Of a DNA stretch of 64,000 nt, positions 21,101 to 33,722 are shown piece by piece (position 1 is the stretch's first letter; each line of letters starts with the position of its first letter). The notes under the pieces are model-generated. The model made no database searches. It was given only the letters and a program-made list of their open reading frames with translations, and was not told the DNA's origin. Source of the stretch: Azolla caroliniana. Lineage: Eukaryota; Plantae; Polypodiophyta. The translations under genes were made by a program, and so were the position numbers. The DNA is taken from NCBI GenBank assembly GCA_043228905.1, contig JBHGNT010000003.1:22134001-22198000 (forward strand), given 5' to 3'.

Positions 21101-22373
21101 GCTAAATTGTCAAAGTGTCTCGGTGAGAACATACAAATTGAAGTCACACTTTTAAAACCTCGTTGGCCAATAATAGTCAATGAGTGAGATTTCATTAAAA
21201 AGGGCATTTACCCAAACTCATTGGCTCCCAATTGTATAGGGTTTTTGTACATACAAAAAACCTGCCACTTCTTGTACTGGAATATTATCCCTTGTATCAT
21301 TCCTCTGCTGATTCTATTTGGCCCACATGCAAACTAGCACATATTCAGCACTCATTTATTAGGTTATCTACTACCAAGTTCCTTCCAACATTAGTATTAG
21401 TATGTGGTTACTTTATTTCAGTCCTTTTCATAAGCTGAAAATCTTATTTACTTGACTGCTTCCATTCCTTGATGAAGTGGTCAATATTGTTCAATATTGT
21501 TCAAAACCCATTGATACAGCCAAGCATCTCTCAACCTTATGAAGTGTTGCACTGCAGTTATTATACTAGTATTTCTAATATCTCATTATATGTTTGATTC
21601 TCAGCTCAAAAATAAGAGAGGAACAATCAATAAGTTGAATGTGGACCCAATTAATCATAAACTAACAAATGTTGATATCAGCTAGGTAGCTAACCATTTA
21701 AGAAAGCCATCAACCATATCTCTCAAAGATTTACACTACTAGATATCATAACCAACATTTTTGGGCTTTAGAAATGCAATGGTGACTGTAGAAGGGACAT
21801 CTCTTCCATACTCTTCACGATATGCATTGTTTGACATAAAAGGTCATCCTGAAGATGAAACTAGACTATGCAATAGTGAAACTTGTGGATAATTGATTAA
21901 AAACGAGCAAAATGAAACTGCAGGCACAATAAACAAGAACGAGGTCTACTTCTACACAAAAATATTAAAAAATTGCTTGGAATAAAATACATAACTAGAT
22001 AAATATACATGAAAAGCAATGCATATAATTGTTCAATTAAGTGAAAAAGTATTTGTTTCACTATGAGAAATACAGCTAAAAGCTCAAACATAGGCATGTC
22101 CTAGTTCACAACAGATTCGGACATGATTACTTGAGCATTGTAACACACTATTGCAATTTCTTTCGGCATCATTAAACATCTGACATGTATGAAAAGTAAT
22201 GTCTTTAATTGTTTAGAAAGGGAAACAGACTGTTCCATTACAGTAAGCACAATTAGAAACTCTTTGCAACAACATGAGGATTTTCCAGTCCTTCCATATA
22301 GTTTCAAAAATACCATTTGTAACAACATGAGGACTAATGCAATCTCCAGTACTCGTCTTCACACGAACCAAAG

Positions 22374-24402
22374 TCAGTAACGCCTTTTCACGGGGCTACG
22401 AGAGCGATGTCCTCCACGTGGTGACCTATAAGGTTGATAAGCATTAGATGCTTTATTATTGTTATAACACAGCAGTAGTTTCATGAGCTGTGAGATTGTT
22501 TACCTTTATAACACATTCGTATATTCAAGTTCATGAAGAATGAAAAAGACTAATTTTTTATAGAGCTTACCTCTTTCTAGCATTGCGGCGCCTGAGAGGA
22601 CCACTGCTAAAGGCCCAATCAACAGATATGATCTGCGTCAAAAGCTCTGCACCATTTAGTTGACTAATTGCAGATTGTGCTTCTTGTTTCTTCTCATATT
22701 CTATCAATGCATAACCCTGAAAAATAAAAATAAAAATAAACTTCATTCAGCAACTTCAGTATGTTCCAATCAATTCAAAAAATAAAATAAAGAGGTGAAT
22801 TATTTAGACTCAGATTTTATACAGTTATTATAAATTCCAAATTATAGAAAATAAAATCAAAAATACATGATGAAAACCACATGCATATAGGACAATCCAG
22901 GGGCAGCTAGAAAGGTACAACAAAAAGCCATCTTAGTGAAAACGTTTTCACTCGATATCAAGTAATAATACAACTATAATTCTTTCAAATATCTTGATGA
23001 AAACAACAGAGAACAAATACTTATTATGGAGGAATTGTATTTTGAGGCAGAAGAGTAATAGTTACCTTCACAAATCCAGTTCTTCTGTCAAGATTGAGAT
23101 GCAGATTCTTGATCTCCCCAAACTCACCAAACAATTCGATCAAATCATCCTCCTGAGCTTCTTCATGCACACCAGTGACAAGAATGATCCATCCTTCTAT
23201 GGCTACAAAAGAACAAGTTCAACTAAATTCAAAATAAGAGAGAAGTAGCAAAGAAGACCACCACAAAACTCTAACTTCAAGAATCACAGACATAGAAAAA
23301 GACACAAAACCGTAAAACTTAACAATCACCAGAAATCCAAAGAAACTAGAAGTAAATCCAAATAAAACAAAAAAGATAGACCATTAAATGCAAAAAGATT
23401 ATACAACGAAAATTAAACGCAAATAACCATTCACAAAAGAAAAAAATAGATAACAGATACACAAATCAGAAAATATCGACCCAATTATGCACGGATAGTA
23501 AAGAAAATAATGATAAACTAAATCTATTTTCAGAGGACGCAGACAGAAAAAGAAATTACTAATTTCATACAGAATGACAGTTGCAGTCAGAAATAACGAA
23601 GAGAACCAGCATAGATCAGATACAGGGAGCTATAATAAACCCTCCAGTCTTTCAAAGATGTAGGAAAACCACAGAGGTCTGAAAAGCGGAACCCGAAACA
23701 GAAAGAAAAGCCAGATATTCAGTCTTGACAGCAGAAATTAGAGACTAACGATGATAACGCTTACAAGAACACAATTTTCAAGAAGATAACCCAAGTTTTA
23801 CTAGATACGGACAAAGAATATGGAAACCTAACTTCATCAGCCAGCGGAATACAGAAACACTTAAATAACCAGATAGAATTGAAAACATATGTGGCGACAG
23901 ATGAAAATACAAAAATACAATTAAACAGATGTAGAATGAAGAGAAAAAACTAAATTTTCACACTGATGGAAGAAATAAATGAAAATTATAGAAACCATAC
24001 TGAAAATGCAGTGGGTAAGAGGGAGGAAGAGGGATTGAGAGAGAATAAAAGAAAGAAAGAGAAGGAAGGAGTATACATACATCTCTGAGGTCCAGGTCCA
24101 CCATCAGTGAAGAGAGAATCGAACTCTTTCCCAGCGAAACGATTCGAACGATCAGGATCAGATCGGTCACGAAACCCTCTACCTTTCGTTTTCTTCATCA
24201 ACCCAGAAGAAGAAGAAGGGGGAGGAGGAGCCAGAGAGCTCCCTGCTGCATTTGCAGAAGAGGTGATGGTGGATTTGAGCTTCGGCATGGGGACAGCTTC
24301 ACCTTCCTCCATCGCTGAGCCTTCAAGTTCATCGAGCAGGAGGTCTTCGTCTTCTTCCATGTCTGGTTCGAAATCAAGAGCGTCGACATCAGCAGCAGCC
24401 AT
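22374..24402 (-). CDS. Y14: RNA-binding protein Y14/RBM8A (exon junction complex core), 4 exons
   Basis: Exons 24402-24081 (KKTKGRGFR...GPGPQR), 23202-23066 ([20 protein letters not shown]...[13 protein letters not shown]), 22716-22571 (GYALIEYE...[10 protein letters not shown]) and 22425-22374 ([16 protein letters not shown]). All introns are GT-AG and in phase. Confidence 0.96.
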
Positions 24403-24510
24403 ATCTCTCTGTTTTTCTTCCGTCTGACTGTCTATCCCAGTCTTCTGTCTGTCTCTATCTGGCCTGCTATTTGCTGCGGAGGAAGAGCTCTTTACTGGGC
24501 GTTATTAGCC

Positions 24511-24537
24511 TTAGGGTTAGGGTTAGGGTTAGGGTTT
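24511..24537 (-). promoter_or_regulatory. Telo-box tract (TTAGGG)4-TTT upstream of Y14
   Basis: Reads AAACCCTAACCCTAACCCTAACCCTAA on the gene strand, ~110 bp before the ATG. Confidence 0.7.
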
Positions 24538-25377
24538 ACTAGCGATGGCGTTGTTAGGTTCACAGAAACTAACTTGAGAGAAAGAGAAAGTAAGAGATCT
24601 TTGTGTATCCTGTCTGCGAGTTCACATTAGGCCAACATCAAAAACTGAAAGAAATGGATCTTTCTTCAGTACTTTGGACTAGCACTGAGCGATGTGTGTC
24701 CGCCTCTTCTACTCAAAGGGGCTTTCTGGCACCGTGTTCTTTAGGACCTTTCTCTCAGGATACAACACGACATACCGGTCAGGTAGGGCTGGCTCCACTG
24801 GCAATGGCTTTTCTAGGGTTTCTTTCTCTCATAACATGATGCACATGTACGTAGAAAATACTACCATCGGTTTCCTGACAATGGCTTTTTTTAGGGTTTC
24901 TCTCGAAATTCAACTTGGCTTTTCTAACAAAGCCTTTTTCAGGGTTTCTAAAAGTTACACACGTTCATGTAGAGTAAATATGGTTTTCTTGCAATGTCTT
25001 GTTTAGGGCTTGGCTTCTCTTAGAAATTGGCTTGCATACATATTGATATAGGATAGAGATGGCTTTCTTGTTACGGTTTGCTCCTTGTCCTCTCCCCTTT
25101 GTAGCCACTAAGACTCACTTTCCTTGTAGGTTTCTTATATTGTAATTATCTATTTAATAAAGACAACCCTTAATTTGTATAGTGATTAAGGTTGTTTGAT
25201 TTTAATTTAACTCGAGAAGACCTAGAGTCTTTCATAGCTACATGGATTGGAGATGTAAGTGCTTTAATGTGTTGAAGTAAGACATGGTCTTTGCCATTTG
25301 GGAGTGACATCCCTTGAGCCTTCAACTATCACATTGTGAAGTCATTCCCAATAGACTTGTGACCCTTGTAACTCTAG

Positions 25378-26017
25378 TATAGTTCCTAATATTCGCGTAC
25401 GTCCAATTTATTGGACGTACTCGAACGTTTGCAAACATACGCGTATGATACGCGATATTTGTTTGGTTTGTTTTTTTTATTATTTAAATTGGGGGTTTTT
25501 TGGCTGTTTTTTGGCGCGTCATCGCGTTGTGAGGAGTGATGAGTGTGAGTCTCTAAGTGTATGAGAGTCGAGAGTTATGAGTGATCGTGAATCTAAACTG
25601 AGAATCGAGTGTGTTGAGAATCAAGAGCTCAGAGTGTTTGTGAGTTGTAACTGAGAGTCGACTGTAGAGAATCGAGAGCTCTGAGTGAAAATCAGATTTT
25701 TGTGAAGGACGAAATGAACAGGGACCTGATTTCTAATTTCTAATTTCTGATTCCCGAATCTCGATTCTTGATTCCCGCTCACCCGCAGGCCGCCTACAAC
25801 TTGCCGCCTTACCGATTTGTCCAATTTTTCATATTTTTTAAAAATCTTGATTATTTTTTATTTTCCATATTAAAAAAAAATAGAGTAATAAAAAAATATA
25901 TAAATATAAATATAGACGAATGGATTCCAATCATACTTGGAGCCATTTCGCGTATGAGTATGATATGAATATTCACGTATGAATATGACACGTTTGAGAC
26001 GTATGGCTAGAACTATG
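25378..26017. mobile_element. Non-autonomous hAT-type element (MITE)
   Basis: Termini TATAGTTC...GAACTATG. 8-bp TSD AACTCTAG (25370-25377) / AACTGTAG (26018-26025), one mismatch. Subterminal CGCGTA/ACGTA repeats. Confidence 0.75.
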
Positions 26018-29000
26018 AACTGTAGTTGACCCCTCATGGGAAACTCAATTTGAAGTTTTGGCTTGGAGGAATCTAGTAAGAAAGGTGATGTTGATGACAA
26101 TATTGATTTTTGTTCTTGAAAGACCAAAAATGTTGTTGCAAATGTTTGTCCAATGGAACCAGATAAACGTTATAAGACATTCCTTTATGTTGGTTGGAGC
26201 CACACGTCGCACTAACTTGTTTTTTTTTAGAACCCTCCTATGCTTAACTAAAAGAGCACAAACATGTGCTTCAAAAGTGAGGATTAGCACATGCAACTTG
26301 GAGTTGTATGAGGTGTGGTGTGTAAACTAATGGAAGATTCAGGGGATCATGTGCAAAGTCCGTGTTTTGCTATTGATTGTCATTCACAAAATGGGGGGAA
26401 TCAACGCATGGAAACAAAACATATTGTGTATGACCTTATAACTAGAGCCCCAACTAAAATTGGTGTATTGTTTGACGATGTCATACGATAGCTTTTCTGT
26501 CGAAATGATGGAAAAATGGCTCCAATGTGTATGTGAGATGAACGTTTATTTAGTAAAGGTACTCTAAAAGAGAGAAAAAAAAGACTTGAGCTTTAAGTTA
26601 CAATAAGAGCTTATTGGGCGTAGGCTTATGATTAGAGGTATAAAATTTTGGTTTCTCATAATATCACTTAAATATTCAAAGAACAAAATACTATGACCAA
26701 TCTTGAATTTGACTCTCTATAGGAAGGTTTGTGAAGGGTTAGAGTTTCCTATTAGTTTCTCATCATACACATGGCAATTGTTTTCCTTTAAGGAAACTCA
26801 AGCTTCAACTACCATTGTGGAAATTCTAAACAATGGTTGGCGATTTAGGTTGTCTCGTAAATGTATTTAAACTTAACTTAAAAAAACCAAAATAAATTCT
26901 CTTATTATGCGCACATGTGTTATTTTAGGAACCCAAGTATCTTGATCCCATGTTAATCATGTAAGGGGGCAATAATATGGTTGTATCTATACAAATTTAC
27001 AAAACCACCAAACCTCAAGCAAATAAAATGTTTTGGCAAAATTGGATACAAACCAGTGGGGCCTAAATTTGTTTCGTGGATAAGATAAATGTAACACAAG
27101 AAAAATGAGCAACACCCAAAAGTTTGGTACCTAACAATCAACACCCAAATATTGCTTGCCCTTGAATTCAATGCCCAATGAACAATAGCGTATTAACCAA
27201 ATAATCTTACATGTTTAACGTGTTATAGAATTAAATTTGCTACTATTTTTGAGCTCAGGGTAGACTAAATAGGCCAAACGATAAAAGCCCAAGCATTGTC
27301 CTATCATCATTATGTGAAACTCGTAATAAGTCTTACACGAGGCCAACAATGTAACCTAACATAAGTATAGACCACATATTATAATTAGCCTATCATAGAG
27401 CTTAGGGGAAGCTTTTGTCACTTGCGAGTCACAATGCTGAAAAAATAACGTATTAGGTGTTTAACAATCACCAATTAACCATTCAAGTTGAACAAAGAAA
27501 GTTCTCGGTTGGTTACATTAACCTTAGGGTTCACAACCTAGCGTGTTACGCAAACCTTAATAAATGTGTTATGGATAGTGTTAGTGTTTAACACATTAAT
27601 TAAGAAAAATTTAAGGATTTGTAGAGTAGAGAAAGGAAAGATGGGTGTCAAACCACCCGACCACCCCCTAAAAACGGTGTGAGATGAACCCAAACCTCCT
27701 TGATGTCCCATACCATCGAGGATTGTGTGTGCGTAGTTAACAATAGCCATGTCCACATTGCCATAGTCTCAACATATGTTCACACTTTATTGCTTTATTT
27801 GAAGTGGTCAAGTGATAACAAACAGTAGAATCGAGTAATATGATTCATACGCTCATTCGTTTCATAATTAAGCCACACATACTCATCATAAAGATTAAAA
27901 AAAACTACGAAAAACCTATATTGTGAATCATTTTGGTTATGCATGTAACTGTTAGTTCTTCACGTACAAGCCATTGTTTGTCGTTTGATAGGGGGACACA
28001 TAAAGTAAGTAGGTAATAAAACTACAAGTTAGGTAAATAGGTGCATGGGATTGAGGGACACTTGGAGAAATAGTGAGAAGTCTCATAATGTAGGAGCATG
28101 TCAATAAAATATATTTGTGTAGATATTGCCTATCGATCTTGAAGACGATATATTCTAAGGCACATTCATGAGCAATTTAGAAGCAAAGAGGAAAAGGCAC
28201 CATGTATCCTCTCCCGTTCCATCATCAATGGGATATAAAACTTTATCGATGAGCAAGTGGTGTTTGTGGTTGTTAGAAAGGAAACCTTAAGATAATGTTA
28301 ACTTACTTACTTCTCAAGAGGTAGTCATTGAGAGTGATTTATTGGCTCATGTATTCTAATTGTCCCTTTGATTGGAATATTTGGTAATAGTAGGCCATTG
28401 TTGCATGCACTATTACAATGTCTTTCCAACTTCGTTAAGTGTAATTAAGTGGTTATCTACTCATCACTTATAATTGTGTGTTTCAAGCAATGATTCAATA
28501 TGCGACTCTTAATTGGGCTATTATTACATTAGGGTGTTTGAGACCTTTCTACGACTTATTTGAATAATTAATTCAAGTGAGTACTTGCTAGACTTGTGTG
28601 GTTGAGTTGAAATAAAACCCTTTGTAGACAATCCCAACACATTGTGAGTTCAACTGAAGAAGCTAGTCGATCATTTTCCATTCCTATATATAAGCAATGG
28701 CCAATCAAAAATCTTCATTGTTGGAGATGTTCATCACAACCCTAGCTATTAACATCCACGAAGTTGTATTTGCATTTGCCTTTGTGTTAGTTTGTTTTGT
28801 GGAACCTTTTAGGGCTCACCTTGTTATAGGGGATCTCTTGTTGTGTTATTTTTAACTTATATATACTTTTACGATAAAAAGATATGTAAGATGGAGGTAA
28901 CTAATGTTATTTATGTGGTTGGAGACAAAAAGGTTATGGGTGTTCATCTCCTACATGGGAATATCAACTGTAACAAGAGCTCAAAATGCAACAATGATCC

Positions 29001-31896
29001 AAGGATAGATGCCCAAATGGAAATTCATGTAGCAAGAAGGCACGAGAAAACCAATCATGCAAAGAAAAATTAGTTTGCAAGGACCACTATCATATAACAA
29101 TTGTTCAACGAAAGCTGTTTTTTTCGAAGTGACATCCATGAAGTTGATGCGGAGACAACAAGGTTTTTGAAGTTATGTGCACGGGTTGGTACAATTACAA
29201 ACAATACGAGAGAATATGTGGAGGTTAGGTGGGTGGGCGAAGTATAGAAAGGCAGGCACGCTCGGTCTCTACGTTAGCCCATAAGAGACATGTCTATCTA
29301 TATACACGAGATACTGGTTCTTTACACGAAGTCATGCCGATGATGGCAGGGCTAATAGGCCTCGATCTTCATCGTGCGGCTCGAAGTTTGACTACATGGG
29401 GAGAATCCCTTGGCCTCATATTTTCGGTAGGATAAATTGTGGGAGGTAAAGTTGAGGTATCGAAGAGCAGGGGGAGAGAAATTTGCTAGCTGGGGTGGGG
29501 GTAATGAAGCGAGGCCAGAGTGCATGGATGCATGCGCACGATCCTGACCTCAAGTATCCATCCATCAAAACATGATCAAGACACAAGAGCGAGTGCTTCC
29601 ATATGGAATATGTGTGTTAACTTGGCACGAAGAGCTACGGGGTTTCCTCATAATTTATCATGAATAAACAAGCTGCCTCCTATCCTTCCCTTTTCGTGGG
29701 AGTCCCCCCCCTCGCGCTTGAAAATAAATCAACCAAAAATTGCGAAGATAAAATTATCGGTATAAATCCATTTTGAAAAAGGGAAATTGTATTTTCCTTT
29801 ATTATTATTATTTTTCTTTTTGCCTTTCGAGAGAGACGACGAAGAAGAAGACGACGCTCTTGGCTATGGTGCGCACAGCAGAAAGCAGCCAGCAGCCTGA
29901 AGAAATCACCCCCCCACTCGCGGAAGAAATGATCTGAATAGCTCCTGTTAAGTCTGAACCAGGAAATTTCTCTGTTTTAATTTGCTTTCCGCCTACCAGG
30001 TAACCTGCTTCTTCTCATCTTTCTCCCTCTTTTTCCTCGTCGTTCTCCTTTTGTTTTTGTTGTGTTTCGAGCTTTGATCTACAATAGTAACCGTAGTTCT
30101 AGCAGGAGATCTACTGTATCCCCGCTTATACCTCCGTTCCATTCATCTATGGTATATTTCTTCTAGTATTACTGTTTAGTACTGTTTTTTTTATTTCCTT
30201 CACGGAAGTGCGTTGTTTGATGTTACCAGTTTTCTTCGTTTCGTCCAGCAATGTTTTCGTTCTTGTTCCTCTGGTGTTACTGTTCATCTCTGTATCTTTC
30301 CTTCATTAGGACAACTCCTGTTTCAAATTACTGTTAAAAATTTCCTTATTTCTTTATTTAGCTCATTTTTGGTTTCTCGGTTCTGATATTACCGTATCTC
30401 TGATCCCTTTCTTAGTCTACATGAACATTTATTTCATATTACAGTGCATCATTGATTCCTTCTAATTTTGCTTGATGGTCTCTTTTACCATACTTCCTTC
30501 TTATCGTTTAGATCAGAGACGAGTTTTTGTTTTCTTCTGATGGTTATTTTTTATACTTTATTATGCATGCCTTACTTTAGGTAATGTATAAGGAGTTTTC
30601 CCTTCTGATGGTCAAATTTCATGCTTTCTCATATACCTGTTCTTGCTTGTGCAGTTCATATTCTCATAAATGAATCATAGCCAAATCATCTATAAACAAT
30701 AAATGAAAAAACAAAAAAGCCTGCGTTTGACCACTGCAATACAAGAATCAAGACTTTCTTCAGTCCTTCCGATCAGCACAATTTATAACATGTTATTATC
30801 TTTTTCAATCTTGATGAAGTATGACCAAAGTTTTATGTAACTGAAAGGTAGAGAGCAAAGGGACATCGTTTTAGACCTGGTGTAACACATTTAGGCCATT
30901 TGTAACTGGTCAGGGTTTCCTTTGATGGAACATAACCAAAATTCAACTGAACTCCATAAAAAACAGTAAATATATCTTTATTTATAGCCAGTTAGGGTTA
31001 TTAAAGGTGAAACTTTGCCAGTTTTTTATGTAATTTGAATGAAAAATAACAAAGATATAAAGTTTTGTTCAGTGTCTAATTTTTAGTAACCGAAAGGGAA
31101 GAGGAAGCAAAGAGACATTGTTTTAGAGTTGCTGTAAAACATCTTGGCCATTTCTAACCAGTCAGGGTTTCTTTCGCTGAAAAATTGCTAAAATATAATG
31201 TAACTTTAATAAAGATCAGTAAAAACATCCCAGTAACTAGTGTTAGGGTTACTAAAAATGAATATTGCTAAATTTATGTTTAGTAATATGATACAATTAG
31301 ACAGTGTTCAGCCTTTCAGATTCACCAGTTAGGGATTTAATCAATTAGGTATGTGTGCGTATTCTTCTTCTTCTCTTCATAAATGAAACTGCTAGAAGCC
31401 TAGGCAAGGGTTTTTGCAACTTAATAAAAGAACATTAAAGGGATAATTTTTAAGCACTGTGTACTAACAGGCTTCATTTGTCCTTGTATTCAGCAGTTTC
31501 TCCTCAGTTCATATTTCCATCTACCAGATTTGTGTGATATACTATTCATCTTCTCTATTTGAAGTCATAGCCAAATTATATGATATAATAAAACATCAAG
31601 TATATAATTTCATAGCGATGTGGTACTATCCGGCTTTATTCAGTATTTGCTGAATTTTCTATGAATTATTTAGGATTTCAATCAATTTTCCATGAGGTTT
31701 ATGTACATACTTACAATTTTTGTTCTCTCCGTCGATGAAATTTAATTACTATACACAAAATGTGTTACTATAGCCAAATTACTATACAGTGGATGAAATT
31801 TAATTAGTATACACAAAATGTTTTATGCTTTGTATAGATGAAATGTAGCCAAAACATAGTCAAGTTTTTATGTAACAATCTACAACCATTTGGTTC

Positions 31897-32295
31897 AAGA
31901 GTGTCAAAACTGAACCGTTTAAAAATTTAGAAACCTGAATGGAACCACGAAACCACGAAACCAAACCATTAAATTTTTTTCAAACCGTTAAGTCATTAAA
32001 CCGATAAAACTGCGGTTTTGTGGTTTGGTTTCGGTTTTCAGCTTAGGTCAAAATTTAAGATTTTAAAAATTTAAAATATTTCATTATTAAAATTTTCAAA
32101 ATTGTAAAGATTTTCCTAAAATGTGAGAATAAGGCATGAAATTTAAAAGATTGTTTAAAAATAAAAATTTTAAATTTAAAAAAAAAAGAAAAAAAAGAAA
32201 CTGTTAAACCGTTTAAACCAAGGTTTCTATCTGTTGAAACCGAACCGAACCTTTTAAAAAAACCCGAACCTGAACTGAACCGAACCGTTGGCCTA
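31897..32295. mobile_element. MITE-like element with AAACCG/GAACCG subterminal repeats
   Basis: Dense AACCG motifs at both ends around an AT-rich core. TIRs are degenerate and no TSD was confirmed. Confidence 0.5.
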
Positions 32296-32379
32296 TTGTT
32301 ATTTTTATGCAATTTAATTGAAACAACAGTAACGAAATAGAGATTTAGTACTTTACTTCCATACATTCAGACACTGTGT

Positions 32380-33530
32380 TCTAACCAAAATGGGTTTCTG
32401 GAGAGGAAATATGTTCAAATTGCTATGTAAATTGTCATCTGTCAGTTAGAATTTCCATCTATCAGGTCTGTATGCGTAATAATTGTATTCTTTTCGTTGA
32501 TGAAACACTGTCACTTCAATGTAACTTAAATGAAACAAAACTATGATATAGTTTTTATGGCTGTGATAGTACTAGTCTTACTTCAGCTCTTGTTTCTAAC
32601 CAGTTAGGGTTTCTATTATTCAGATGTGCACCAGAAATTTGGTATTTTCTAACTAGTCAGGATTTGCATATGTTGGCTCTTTGAAACTAGACATATAATT
32701 TTGTAGCCAGATGACGTTTCTATATACGATGCCTATGAAACCAGATTTTTTTTCTGACCAGTTAGGGTTTCCACTTATCAGGTCTGTGAAATTAGATATT
32801 TGGTTTTTCCTTACCAGTTATAGTCTCTATGAATCAGATCTGTGAAGACATAAATAAATAAAAATAAATAAAAATAAATAAAAATCTAAATGTAAAAATA
32901 TATATAAATTTATGTATAATCATATGTATAAATATTAGTATAAGTAAAAGTATATATATATATATATTTCCAAAAAGCTAGGGTTTCCATCTTATTAGTT
33001 TTGTAAAACCGGATATTTTTCTTTTACCTAACCAGGTAGGGGTTCCGTCTATTAGGTTTGTTAAACTGGATCTTTTTCTTTTTTCTAAACAGTTCACGTT
33101 TCTGGATATTTTAATTTTTCATAACCAGCTATGTTTTCCACATATTAAGTCTGTTAAACTAGGTTTTCTTGTCTCTGATTAGTTCGGGTGTCCATTCATC
33201 AGGTCGGTGAAAATGGAGAGTTTTTTTTCTAAACACTTAGGCTTTCCATTTATCAAGTCTTTGAAACCATATATTTTTCTTCCTAACTAGTAGGTATTGC
33301 ATGCATTGGGTCTATGAAACCAGATATTTGGTTTTATCTAACTAAATAAAGTTTCCATCTGTCTGGTTTGTCAAACCAGATATTTTATTTTCCCTAACCT
33401 TGATACACTATCACTTTATCAAGGTCTACCAATTAGTAGATATATTATTTTGATAATTTATAGTTTCCATCTAAAAAGTTTGAGAATCTGAATAATGTTT
33501 TTCTAACAAGTTATTGGTTTTATATACCAG
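32380..33530 (+). repeat. Degenerate ~55-bp tandem repeat in the DCP5 leader intron
   Basis: Recurring TTCTAACCAGTTAGGGTTTCCA...ATCAGGTCTGTGAAACCAGATATTT variants. Confidence 0.7.
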
Positions 33531-33722
33531 GTTTCTCATACTTGATATTTTTCGAAGATATTTCAGTCAGCGCATCTTGTTCCTTAAATCATCATCAGAA
33601 GAAGGAAAAAAGAAAGAATCGGCATTTGTATGTACAATACTAGTACTTGAGTTTGGACTTTTGTACATAACGGATTCAGAGAGCCTCCAATATTGCCTTT
33701 TGAGATCTGGTCCTTCATAAGA

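Larger units (their letters stand above)
29820..33530 (+). other. Probable DCP5 5' UTR exon and ~3.5-kb leader intron
   Basis: GA-rich leader ending in the donor CCAG|GTAACC at 30000; candidate acceptor TATACCAG near 33529. Inferred, with no transcript data. Confidence 0.5.

Noticed and set aside
26250-26450. Possible MuDR SWIM-finger relic (WKIQGIMC)
   Set aside because: Too short and too degenerate to call without an HMM search.
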